Source of the DNA: an uncultured Phycisphaerales bacterium
GTDB lineage: Bacteria; Planctomycetota; B15-G4
Length of the DNA stretch: 64,000 nt
NCBI GenBank assembly: GCA_964537035.1
Contig: CAZIAK010000002.1
Location: forward strand, 32,901-96,900
Direction of reading: 5' to 3'
The notes under the pieces were generated by a model, which was not told where the DNA came from, ran no database searches, and saw only the letters and a program-made list of their open reading frames with translations. A program made the translations under genes and the position numbers. This document shows, piece after piece, positions 47,413 to 56,264 of this stretch. Position 1 is the stretch's first letter; every line of letters begins with the position of its first letter.

Positions 47413-50400
47413 TCACTCGATCAGCACCCGGGCGCTGTCGCTGCGGCCGAAGGTCTCAGGCGCGTACATCTCTTCGGCCTTCGCCGGTGGCACCACATAG
47501 CTCCCTGGCGTCGTCGCCCGGGCCACGTAGCTGTAGCGATGGACACCGGGGGACAGACCCAGGGCGAACACCTCGGCCTGGGCGTCCCGCAGGTTCTCGT
47601 GGTCGTACCACTGGCGACCCCAGAACCAACAGCGCCAGAACACTCCAGGGTCGAGGGCCTGTTCCGTTTCGGGGACGGCGCCCGTGATCGCGAAGGCCGA
47701 GTTGAGTATCTCGAAGCCCCCGGGCAGGCGGTCGACCAAGGCCACGTGAAAACGCCGGGAGGTGTTGACCAGGGTCAGGCGCACGGCCACCCGCGCACCG
47801 CGACGGATGACCCAGCCGCCCTGCTCGTCGCGCGCCACGTCGCCCGGATCATCGAGGGCCTCGTACTCGCGCTCGACGGTGAAGCCCGCAGAGACTGACT
47901 CAGAGCTCAGGTCGAGGGACGCGTAGGCCAAGCCCATGCGCCAGTAGAGTCGGCCCGGTCCGGCTGAAGCCACGGTGAGGTCGACGGTGTCGTCATCGGC
48001 CATGGAGTTGAGGGCATCGAGAGGCACGAGCACGTTGCGCCGTTCTGACGTGCGCCCGGCGAAGTCCTCTTCGGCGACCAGTTGTTCGCCCATCCACAGG
48101 CCCGCGGTCAGGTCGGGAGTCTGCCCTTCGTGCAAGGCAAAGTACCGGGACAACGCAAGGAGGGCGAAGACACTCTCCTGGGTGGTGTGCCAGCGACCCG
48201 CCACCCGATGAGAGAGCAACCCGCGCACGAGCTTGGGTTGCAAGTCCTCGTCGAGCCTGCTGGCCAGGAGGCCGTCGAGGACCACCGCGTCCCCACGCCG
48301 GCTGGCCGCGAGCACGAGCTCGCCCGCTTGGTCGTAGCCTTCGACGAAGTGAGCCGTGGAGGCGGTCTCAACCACGCGGTTGCTGAGCTGCCGGTGAACC
48401 TGGGCCACGTCGTCTTTCAACGACGGATCGGCGGCCAGGACAGGCAGCAGCCAGCCCAGGCCGTCGAGGGGCCAGTCGTCGAGGGCGGCAGCGCGCAGCA
48501 GATCGTGGGCGTCGTCGGCCACGTCGTGCCCGGCCCGGTGCAACAGCGACAGCCCGTAGGCCCGGATGACCTGTGCGATGGGCGCGGGCATACGCGGTGT
48601 GCGTGCGTTCAAGTGCGCGCGCAGATCGAAGACGTAGGCCAGGCCCCGCTGCAAGGCCTCCTCTGGCACATCGGCGCCAGCCTGTTGAGCCAGCAGCAGC
48701 GCCTGGGTCACGTGCACGGACAGGTACGGGTCAGAGCGCTCATCCTTGCGCCAGAACGACCAGCCCCCGTCGCTGTTCTGCAGGGCAGAGAGCTGCTCGA
48801 TGTCCTCGCGCACTTGCCCGTCCAGCTCAGGCTCGTCGGGCAAGCCAGCGGCGTCGAAGGCCGCCAGCACATCACCGAGGGCAGCCATGGCCATGACCCG
48901 AGAGGCGCGCTGCTCCGCGCACTGATAAGGGTAGGTGGCCAGCTGGATCACGGCGTCCGTCAGCTCGGCCAGGGCCGTGGTGGCGAAGGTCAGCTCCAAC
49001 CCGCCGAAGCCGGGCAGCGCATCTGTGGGAGGCCTGAGCGGTTGCACGGTGAGGTCGTCGTCCAGGTGCCCGTAGGTCGCGAACGCCTCTGCCGTGGCGG
49101 GGGTCAGCACGGGAAACTCTGCCCGCGCACCGTCCGCCAGCTCGGGGGACAAGACCGCCGCCACCACCGCAGAGAGCCGGGCCTCCCCGGGCTCATGGGC
49201 GCTCACCTCGAAGCGCACCTCGACCCGATCACGGGCGGGCACGAGCACACGGCGCGCGGAGTGGTTTGCAGCCTCACCCAGGTCGAGGCCGGTCGCGCCC
49301 AGACCCACATCGACCAGCAGGTCTTCGTCCAGGCGGTTGTGCACCACCAGGGGCAGCTCGGCGCTGTCGCCCACGTTGAGAAAGCGGGGCGGCGAGGGGC
49401 GGACCATGAGCGGCAGGCGGGCGGTCAACGCCGACTCGCCCATGCCAGCCCGACCGTCGCCTTCGACGGCCAGAGCCAGGATGCGATAGCGGGTCAGACG
49501 ATCGGGCAAGGTGATCGGGATCTGAGCCCGGCCCGAACCGTCGGTCACCACCGCGGGGACGAAGGCCGCCAGCACATCGAAGTTCGTGCGCAGACGGATG
49601 GCCGGTCCGGCACCATCGTCGGCAGCGTCGCCACCGAACCCACGAGCCTTCCTGGCCATTGCCATGGGCGCCTCGGCGTAGTCACCCTCGCCCATGTAGC
49701 CGAGCGAGCGCAGGCCCTGGAGCCTCTCTGCATCACCACCATCGTAGTCGTCGGCGCCGCCCTCGCCTGAGCCATCATCGTTCTGCGACGGGGGGAAGCG
49801 ATCGACCATGGCACCAAAACTCTTCGGCACCTCGATGTCCGGGTCAGAGAGGTGCACCATGTCCCGGCTGCGGTAGTCGCTCGTGCGCCCCGGGTGTGTG
49901 GGATGAAACACACCGAGCGGGTCGGCCAGCTCGCGCCGGGTCATGGCCAGCACCGCTTCGTCTACTACCACCAGCGCCACCTGGGCTCCAGCGACCGGCC
50001 CGCCCTGTGCATCGAGGACAGCCACCTCCACCGAGGTCTCCGATCCGGGGGGCAGCTCTGTGGCTGCGGGCGTGGCCAGCACCTGCAAGCGCTGCGCCTC
50101 GGGAGGCACGGACAAGGTGATCGTGGCCGCGGCATAGGCGGGTCGGGTCGGCTGATCGGGCCTGGAGGTGCCTCCAGACTCGGTCCGCACTGCGCTACCC
50201 ACCCACTCCACGGAGAGCTCGACTTCGGGGCAGTACGCGGCGCTGATGGGCAGGCGCAAGGTGTGGTCGCTGCCGTCGCAGACGAAGCTGCCGCTGGAGA
50301 CCACACCATCTCGGCGCAGGGTGTACAGACCGCTGCCCCCCCCATGGGGCGCCACCACCAGCACTTCTGCAAGGTCGCCGGGCTCGTAGCTCGCCTTGTC

Positions 50401-53400
50401 CGAGATGAGGGTCAGCTCCTCCAGCTCAAGAGCCCGGGACGGTCGGCTCTCGCCCCCGCTCACCCAGACGCTGCGGCTCGAGATGTAGGGCCGTCCGTCG
50501 CCGTCGAAACAGCGGGCGGTGAGGGTCCAGCTGCCGCCCTCGGTCAACATCAGCTCGACGGATACGGGCGCGCTTTCCGAGACAGCAGCGACCTCGATCC
50601 GGGCCACTTCTTCTTCGACCCATGTGCCGTCCTTCAGCCCCCACTCGCGGCGGGTGGCCACGAGAGACACGTCTCGGTCGGACACGGGCAGGCCGTCCAG
50701 GTCGACCACCACGAAGGACAGGGCCAGGGGATCGCCCAGCTCGACGAAGCCTCGCTCCGTGCGCAGCCCGAGGGCGTGCTCCGACGGATGCACGAGCACG
50801 GACGCCGTCCCCGCCCAGCGCTGGAAGTTCACATCGGTCACGGCCGCCTCGACGCTCAGCCTCATGGGCTGGGGAGGGTTCATGGCCAGCAGCTCGGCCG
50901 TGAGCCGGTGGCGGCCGCTGGCGTCTGTGGCCGCGGTCCAGTCCCAGTGTCCGCTGGAAGAACCGCTCGCTCCGCCCCAACCGTCGTAGGAGCCGTAGCC
51001 CCACCAGGGATGCCACTCGCCGAAGCTGAAGCCGGGCCAGCCCGGGGGCGCGTGGGTCGTGGGCTCTGCATCGAGGGACCAGGAAACCGGCGCGTCGGGG
51101 AGGGCACCGCCGGTGTAGTAGAGGGCCTCGGCCACGAGCTGCACGTCGTCGCCCAGCACCACCGCACCCGGGGACGCGGTCACCGACACTTCGTACTCGG
51201 GCAGGCGGAACTCCTGGATCTGAAGACTGTGTCCATGGACGCTGCCCCCACTCAGCCCTGCGTCGTCGAGCGCGAACTCGATGGTGGCCTGGCCCAGGTT
51301 CAGGTCATCAGGCAGCACGCAGCTCAGATCGAAGCCGCCGAAGGCGTCGAGCTGCGCCGTACCTTGGGCCCGCTCCACCCAGCGGGCGTCCCGCAGTCTC
51401 CAGCCCACGAAGCGGCCGGAGACGTTGGGCAGGGACGTGGTCTGGCCGCCCTTCTTCCAGGACACCTGGCGCACCCAGCCCTTGACCCGCACCTCTTCGC
51501 CGGGCTTGTAGAGACCCCGGTCGTCGAAGACGTAGAACAGCGGCGTGACGCCGTGGTCTCGGGCGACCCACTGGCTTGGCGTGCGGTGACTGACGATCCA
51601 ACGGTTCTCGGGCAGCAGGGCCACATCGTCGCCGCGGCGGGCCACCAGCCACTGCACGGACGGTGTCTCGCCAGACAGGGGCAGGCGGGCCAGCCCTCCT
51701 GCGTCGGTGCGGGCGGCCAGACCGTCTGCCGTGTCGGCGCCCTGCAGCGAGACCTCTACGTCTGGCTGCGGTGTGCCGTCCGCCAGATCGGTGACCCAGA
51801 CCAGCAGCTGTTCGCCGTCGAGGGCCGCGTGCAGGCCCAGCTCCGTGCTCTGCACCCAGGAGAAATCGCTGCGCATGGTCTCGCCGTCGTGCCAGTGCGA
51901 GCGCAGCAACAGCTGCCCCGGGTTCCCGTCGAGCAGAGACGCCAGGCCGAGGGTCTTCTCCACCGTGGCGTCGAGATCGGCAGAGAGATCGAGGGTCACC
52001 GACGTGAGCAGCTCGCCCACCTGGGGGATCGGTTCCTTGTTGCGGTGGCCCTGGGACCAGGCACGGGTCAACGGCCACTGAGCAGCCGTGACGCGAGAGA
52101 CGTCAAGGCGCACTTCACCGACGTTCCAGGCCGTCAGGTCCAGGGAGGGCTCGACGCCCGGGTCGAGCACCTGCATGCCCCCGCCCGCGAGGGTGAACGA
52201 CGGCGGCAGGGGGTCGACATGAATGGTCAGCTCCCGTCCACCTTGCAACGTCTGGCCATGGAGATCGCCGATGTCTTCGCCGAGCGTGACCTCGAACCGA
52301 CCCTGTCCCCGGAAGTCGCCGCGCAACAACAGCCGCCGACCCTGAACGGTGACATGCAAACCCGGCACGGACGGTGCGATGGACACGGTCTCGGTGGTGA
52401 CCGTCTCTTCGTCCAACGGGTTGTTGCAGTCGATGGTCAGCCAGCCGTGAGGTGACAGGGGACGGTCAGCAGTCCCGGCGTGGCGCACGATGGTGAGGGG
52501 TGCGAAGGTCTTGTAGGCGTGGCGCCACGGCTGCTCGCTGCGCCGGGGACCTTCTGCGCCCTGCACACCGTCGGCGATCTCCAGCACCAGGCTGCTGTCT
52601 CTCGACAAGGGCTCGGTCGCGGCCAGGACCACCACCCGCTCCGCGCCGTAGCGAGCGATCAGCTCCTGTGCGCCGTCGTCGCTCGCCAGCTCGCCCGGCT
52701 CTGCCAGACGCAGGGTCTGCTCCGTGTCCAAGACCAACAGCACCTCCCGGGTCAGCCGAGCGTGGGCCAAGACCTCTGCGCCGCGCACCGGCTGGTCGAA
52801 AGCCAGGGCGATCAGCGGCTGCAGGGGCAGGCTCTCTCCCCAGGGCCGCTGGTCGATCACGTTCGGGGCTGCGGTCGAGAAGCGCCAGGAGGCGCTGGCA
52901 GGCAACGTGGAGCCCAGGGCAGAGGAGAGGCCCTTGGCGACTTCGACCCGGTGGTGCGTGGCGTAGGCGAAGCGCGTCTCCGGTTCGAAGACCAGGGTGC
53001 GGGTGTCGATCCAGCGCCAGGTCCCCGGGGGCTGGGGCGCCAGGAGCACGGGCACCGCCTCCGCGGGAAGGGCCACGTCGTCCACCGTGCCCAGGGGCAC
53101 CATGGGTTCGGAGAAGGTCAACGAGAGATGGCTGGCCATGGCCACCTCGCCCTCGGGCTGATACCTGAGCAAGGCCAGGGGGGCCTCGCTGCTCACGCTC
53201 GGCACCGTGCTCTCACCAGCCGGGGGAAAAACCAACTGCCGGTCAGTGCCAGCCCGCGGTGGAGCCTTCGTCGTGGAGGGGAACCGAAAGGGGACGGTCG
53301 CCGATGTGTCGGCCGTGAGGGCGGGAGCGCGAGAGAGCAGGGCCTGCGCGGCGTCGGCGTCGAGGGGTTCACCCAGGTTCGAGTTCAGGGGATCGTTCAG

Positions 53401-54009
53401 GCCCGGGGGATCCCTTGACGCAGCCGGGTCTGTGTTGGAGCCGCTGGCTGCCGGGCCGTCGGCGGGCTCGACCAGACGGAGAACCAGGCCCGGTGATTCA
53501 CCGCTGAAGTTGCTTTCGTCGTCGCCAGGCGAAGTGCCTGCTCCGCTCTGCGCAGCAACAATCTCGTTGTCTGCCGCACCGTTGGCTGCTGGGCTGTTGG
53601 CTGCCGAGCCGTCGTCCGTCGCGCCGTTGTCCGTCGCGCCGTTGTCCGTCGCGCCGTTGTCCGTTGCGCCGTTGTCCGTTGCGCCGTTGTCCGTTGCGCC
53701 GTTGTCCGTTGCGCCGCCGGCGGAGGCTCCAGCGGCTGGCTCGACCGACGCCCCCGCATGACTCATCGCGGCCGCTGGATCCTCGCCCGTGCCAGCCCTG
53801 GGGGCGGCGCTGTGCCCGGCGTCCTGCTGACAGGCCGCCGAGAGGAGCAGGGCCACGAGAAGCGTCAACCCTCGAGAGCGACTCCCGAGGCGGGCGGCCC
53901 TTGCGACCCTCCGGCCAGCGGTCCCCTGCCCCCCCATACAACCAGGATTCGTGTGCTGCTGTGCCTGGGGCGTGGGGCCGTGCCCTGCTGCCTTGGTGGT
54001 CTGTGCCAT
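47413..54009 (-). CDS. Alpha-2-macroglobulin family lipoprotein (2198 aa) with a thioester-like CAEQ motif and an N-terminal low-complexity region containing GATDN x7
   Basis: Signal/lipobox LTLLVALLLSAAC. ATYPYQCAEQRAS sits at the position of the C-x-E-Q thioester. Large MG-domain-like beta-rich body. The antisense ORFs 48082..49770 and 49852..52455 are spurious. Confidence 0.85.
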   Translation of the reverse strand: MAQTTKAAGHGPTPQAQQHTNPGCMGGQGTAGRRVARAARLGSRSRGLTLLVALLLSAACQQDAGHSAAPRAGTGEDPAAAMSHAGASVEPAAGASAGGATDNGATDNGATDNGATDNGATDNGATDNGATDDGSAANSPAANGAADNEIVAAQSGAGTSPGDDESNFSGESPGLVLRLVEPADGPAASGSNTDPAASRDPPGLNDPLNSNLGEPLDADAAQALLSRAPALTADTSATVPFRFPSTTKAPPRAGTDRQLVFPPAGESTVPSVSSEAPLALLRYQPEGEVAMASHLSLTFSEPMVPLGTVDDVALPAEAVPVLLAPQPPGTWRWIDTRTLVFEPETRFAYATHHRVEVAKGLSSALGSTLPASASWRFSTAAPNVIDQRPWGESLPLQPLIALAFDQPVRGAEVLAHARLTREVLLVLDTEQTLRLAEPGELASDDGAQELIARYGAERVVVLAATEPLSRDSSLVLEIADGVQGAEGPRRSEQPWRHAYKTFAPLTIVRHAGTADRPLSPHGWLTIDCNNPLDEETVTTETVSIAPSVPGLHVTVQGRRLLLRGDFRGQGRFEVTLGEDIGDLHGQTLQGGRELTIHVDPLPPSFTLAGGGMQVLDPGVEPSLDLTAWNVGEVRLDVSRVTAAQWPLTRAWSQGHRNKEPIPQVGELLTSVTLDLSADLDATVEKTLGLASLLDGNPGQLLLRSHWHDGETMRSDFSWVQSTELGLHAALDGEQLLVWVTDLADGTPQPDVEVSLQGADTADGLAARTDAGGLARLPLSGETPSVQWLVARRGDDVALLPENRWIVSHRTPSQWVARDHGVTPLFYVFDDRGLYKPGEEVRVKGWVRQVSWKKGGQTTSLPNVSGRFVGWRLRDARWVERAQGTAQLDAFGGFDLSCVLPDDLNLGQATIEFALDDAGLSGGSVHGHSLQIQEFRLPEYEVSVTASPGAVVLGDDVQLVAEALYYTGGALPDAPVSWSLDAEPTTHAPPGWPGFSFGEWHPWWGYGSYDGWGGASGSSSGHWDWTAATDASGRHRLTAELLAMNPPQPMRLSVEAAVTDVNFQRWAGTASVLVHPSEHALGLRTERGFVELGDPLALSFVVVDLDGLPVSDRDVSLVATRREWGLKDGTWVEEEVARIEVAAVSESAPVSVELMLTEGGSWTLTARCFDGDGRPYISSRSVWVSGGESRPSRALELEELTLISDKASYEPGDLAEVLVVAPHGGGSGLYTLRRDGVVSSGSFVCDGSDHTLRLPISAAYCPEVELSVEWVGSAVRTESGGTSRPDQPTRPAYAAATITLSVPPEAQRLQVLATPAATELPPGSETSVEVAVLDAQGGPVAGAQVALVVVDEAVLAMTRRELADPLGVFHPTHPGRTSDYRSRDMVHLSDPDIEVPKSFGAMVDRFPPSQNDDGSGEGGADDYDGGDAERLQGLRSLGYMGEGDYAEAPMAMARKARGFGGDAADDGAGPAIRLRTNFDVLAAFVPAVVTDGSGRAQIPITLPDRLTRYRILALAVEGDGRAGMGESALTARLPLMVRPSPPRFLNVGDSAELPLVVHNRLDEDLLVDVGLGATGLDLGEAANHSARRVLVPARDRVEVRFEVSAHEPGEARLSAVVAAVLSPELADGARAEFPVLTPATAEAFATYGHLDDDLTVQPLRPPTDALPGFGGLELTFATTALAELTDAVIQLATYPYQCAEQRASRVMAMAALGDVLAAFDAAGLPDEPELDGQVREDIEQLSALQNSDGGWSFWRKDERSDPYLSVHVTQALLLAQQAGADVPEEALQRGLAYVFDLRAHLNARTPRMPAPIAQVIRAYGLSLLHRAGHDVADDAHDLLRAAALDDWPLDGLGWLLPVLAADPSLKDDVAQVHRQLSNRVVETASTAHFVEGYDQAGELVLAASRRGDAVVLDGLLASRLDEDLQPKLVRGLLSHRVAGRWHTTQESVFALLALSRYFALHEGQTPDLTAGLWMGEQLVAEEDFAGRTSERRNVLVPLDALNSMADDDTVDLTVASAGPGRLYWRMGLAYASLDLSSESVSAGFTVEREYEALDDPGDVARDEQGGWVIRRGARVAVRLTLVNTSRRFHVALVDRLPGGFEILNSAFAITGAVPETEQALDPGVFWRCWFWGRQWYDHENLRDAQAEVFALGLSPGVHRYSYVARATTPGSYVVPPAKAEEMYAPETFGRSDSARVLIE
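53609..53715 (-). repeat. Seven tandem 15-nt repeats inside the macroglobulin CDS, encoding (GATDN)7
   Basis: The plus strand reads gccgttgtccgt[c/t]gcgcc seven times. Confidence 0.8.
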
Positions 54010-54134
54010 GGTCCGCTGCTCCGAACAGTCTCACTGGATACTGAATGCTACGTTTCACGCCGCCATCTCTTACGACTTTGCCCGCCAGCGAGCCCGGGGT
54101 ATACCGGCGGCCTCCCCTCAACGGACCCATCGCC

Positions 54135-54557
54135 ATGGCCACGCTCTTCACCAAGATCATCGCAGGCGAGCTGCCCGGCCGTTTCGTCTGGAAGGACGAC
54201 CTCTGCGTGGCCTTCCTCACCATCAACCCCCTGAACCCGGGCCATGCCCTGGTGGTCCCCCGAGAAGAAGTCGACCACTGGCTCGATCTCTCCCCCGAAC
54301 TGGCCGCTCATCTGAACGAGGTGGCCAGGCTGGTGGGCACGGCGATCCAGGCAGCGTTCTCACCCACGAAGGTGGGCCTGATCATCGCCGGGCTCGAGGT
54401 CAACCACGTCCATCTGCACGTGGTCCCCATCAACAGTCTAGGCGACCTCAACTTCGCCAACGCCGACACGGCGCCCGAACCCGCCGACATGGATCAAGCA
54501 GCCCAGTCCCTACGCAGCGCCCTGCGAGACCTGGGCCGAAGCGAAGTCTGCGACTGA
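54135..54557 (+). CDS. HIT-family (histidine triad) nucleotide hydrolase
   Basis: MATLFTKIIAGELPG and the HVHLHVVP histidine triad. Confidence 0.85.
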   Translation: MATLFTKIIAGELPGRFVWKDDLCVAFLTINPLNPGHALVVPREEVDHWLDLSPELAAHLNEVARLVGTAIQAAFSPTKVGLIIAGLEVNHVHLHVVPINSLGDLNFANADTAPEPADMDQAAQSLRSALRDLGRSEVCD

Positions 54558-54639
54558 CATCGGCGTGCGAGTGGGGCTAGACCGCCGAAGAACGCCCCCC
54601 CGGAAGGCCACAGTCGCTGGTCTCTCCACCGGCGAGGGT

Positions 54640-54734
54640 GTCCCTGATTCTCACCAAGGGGGGGCTGGAGCGAGTTCACGAGGCAAAGCCGAGTTGTCTG
54701 AGCGCCACGGCCCTCCTTGGTGAGAATCAGGGAC
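54640..54734. repeat. Perfect 20-bp inverted repeat (GTCCCTGATTCTCACCAAGG / CCTTGGTGAGAATCAGGGAC) separated by 55 nt. Imperfect symmetry extends to about 40 bp each side (about 54605-54770). It is a MITE/REP-like palindromic element between convergent genes.
   Basis: Read directly from the sequence. The left arm is at 54640-54659 and the right arm at 54715-54734. The flanks ggtctctccaccggcgagggtg and the reverse complement of ggacgcccggaccctcgcggagaccacg are also similar. Confidence 0.8.
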
Positions 54735-54775
54735 GCCCGGACCCTCGCGGAGACCACGATCTGTAGCGCAGACTC

Positions 54776-56170
54776 CTATCGCAGGGCCGGCAGCATCTCG
54801 AACTGCAGCCCTTCGTAGACGTCGAGCCAGTCGTCGTCGAGAGTGGGCTCTGCCCCGGGGTAGGGCCGCCAGATGTCCAGCAGGCGGGGCGTGCGCTCCG
54901 GGTCGATGGTGCCCAACTGGGCCTCGAGATCGGCCAGGGTCAGCACACGCACGCCGTCGAGCTTGAAGATCACGTCACCCTCGGCCAGTCCCGCCCGTCC
55001 CCCTGGTGAATCGGGGACCAGTACGGCGATGCGCGCGGCGCCCAGCTCTCCCGGGACGGTGGCCTCGAAGGTCATCCCCGACCAGACCTGGGGCCGCCAG
55101 ACCTGAGCCTCACCACCAGAGACGATGAACTCCGGGCGATCGGTCTCGCTGTCCATGTCCCGCAGGATGTGCTCGATCATGCGGCCCACCCGGGCGGCGC
55201 CTCGCCCGTTGAGCTTGTCGGCGTCATCGGTCGAGCGGTGGTAGTCCTCGTGCAGGCCGGTGAAGAAGAACAGCACGGGGACGTCGTGGATGTAGAAGCT
55301 GCTGTTGTCAGAAGGGGCGATGCCCGAGCGGTCCTCGATGACGACCACGTCTTCGGCGCTCGCCGCCGCCTGCACTTGCCGGGAGAAGGCCGCGCTCGTG
55401 CCCGTGCCCCCGATGAACAGGGTGCTGCCCCGCAGGCGCCCGACCATGTCCATGTTGAGCATGGCCACGGTGTCCTCGAGGGGACGGGTCGGCGCGCTCA
55501 CGTAGTGCCTGCTGCCCAGTAGTCCCAGCTCCTCGGCGGAGTACCACTGAAACATGACCGTGCGCCGCAGGGGCTGGCGCGCCGTGGCCAACGACTGGGC
55601 CAGCTCCAGGAGCACGGCGCTCCCCGAGGCGTTGTCGTCCGCGCCGTTGTGGATGCCTCGCGCCAGACGGACCTTGCCGGTCTCATCCGGGCTCAAGCCG
55701 CCCAGATCGTCCATCAGCTCGAGGGAGTTGCCGTGACTGCCCGTGCCCACGTGGTCGTAGTGAGCACCCAGGACCACGATCTCGTGGGCCAGGTCAGGGT
55801 CGCTACCAGGCAGGATGGCCAGGACGTTGTGCCCGTCACCCAGATCGTCGGTGGAACCCGCGGCGACTCCACTTGGGATGTCGAAGGCCTGCAGCCAGCT
55901 GCCGTTCTCAACCCCAGGCTGGACGCCGGGCAGGGCCTGAAGACGCTCGATGATGTAGGTCGAAGCCAGAGCTTCGCCAGGAGACCCGGCCTCGCGACCG
56001 CCGAACGCCTCGGAGGCGAAGACCTCCACGTGCGCCTGAATCTCAGCCCCGGTGATGGGATCGCCAGAGGCCCGTGTGGCGAAGTCGGCGGTGGACGTAC
56101 ACGCGTCCAGCATGAGCAGGGACGCGCCACAGAGGGTCAACCGAAGAGAGCTGCACAGACGTGGATGCAT
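54776..56170 (-). CDS. M28-family aminopeptidase lipoprotein with a C-terminal PDZ domain
   Basis: Lipobox LLMLDAC. M28 metal-site motifs VLGAHYDH and NGADDNASG. PDZ-like GRAGLAEGDVIFKLDGVRV. Confidence 0.85.
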   Translation of the reverse strand: MHPRLCSSLRLTLCGASLLMLDACTSTADFATRASGDPITGAEIQAHVEVFASEAFGGREAGSPGEALASTYIIERLQALPGVQPGVENGSWLQAFDIPSGVAAGSTDDLGDGHNVLAILPGSDPDLAHEIVVLGAHYDHVGTGSHGNSLELMDDLGGLSPDETGKVRLARGIHNGADDNASGSAVLLELAQSLATARQPLRRTVMFQWYSAEELGLLGSRHYVSAPTRPLEDTVAMLNMDMVGRLRGSTLFIGGTGTSAAFSRQVQAAASAEDVVVIEDRSGIAPSDNSSFYIHDVPVLFFFTGLHEDYHRSTDDADKLNGRGAARVGRMIEHILRDMDSETDRPEFIVSGGEAQVWRPQVWSGMTFEATVPGELGAARIAVLVPDSPGGRAGLAEGDVIFKLDGVRVLTLADLEAQLGTIDPERTPRLLDIWRPYPGAEPTLDDDWLDVYEGLQFEMLPALR

Positions 56171-56264
56171 GGGGCGAGATCACCGAGGAGTGCCGTGGTT
56201 GCCGTGAGCGCCCGCGCACCGTGCGCTCACGCTCTGATCTGGTCCCCTCGACCGCCACCCAGGC

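Noticed and set aside
48082-52455. Two long plus-strand ORFs (562 and 867 aa) opposite the macroglobulin gene
   Set aside because: They are antisense to a 2198-aa gene with a lipoprotein signal and a CAEQ motif, and they have no domains.
53609-53715. Regular 15-nt repeats that could superficially resemble a CRISPR array
   Set aside because: There are no spacers. The units are contiguous and in-frame, and they encode GATDN pentapeptides within the macroglobulin CDS.
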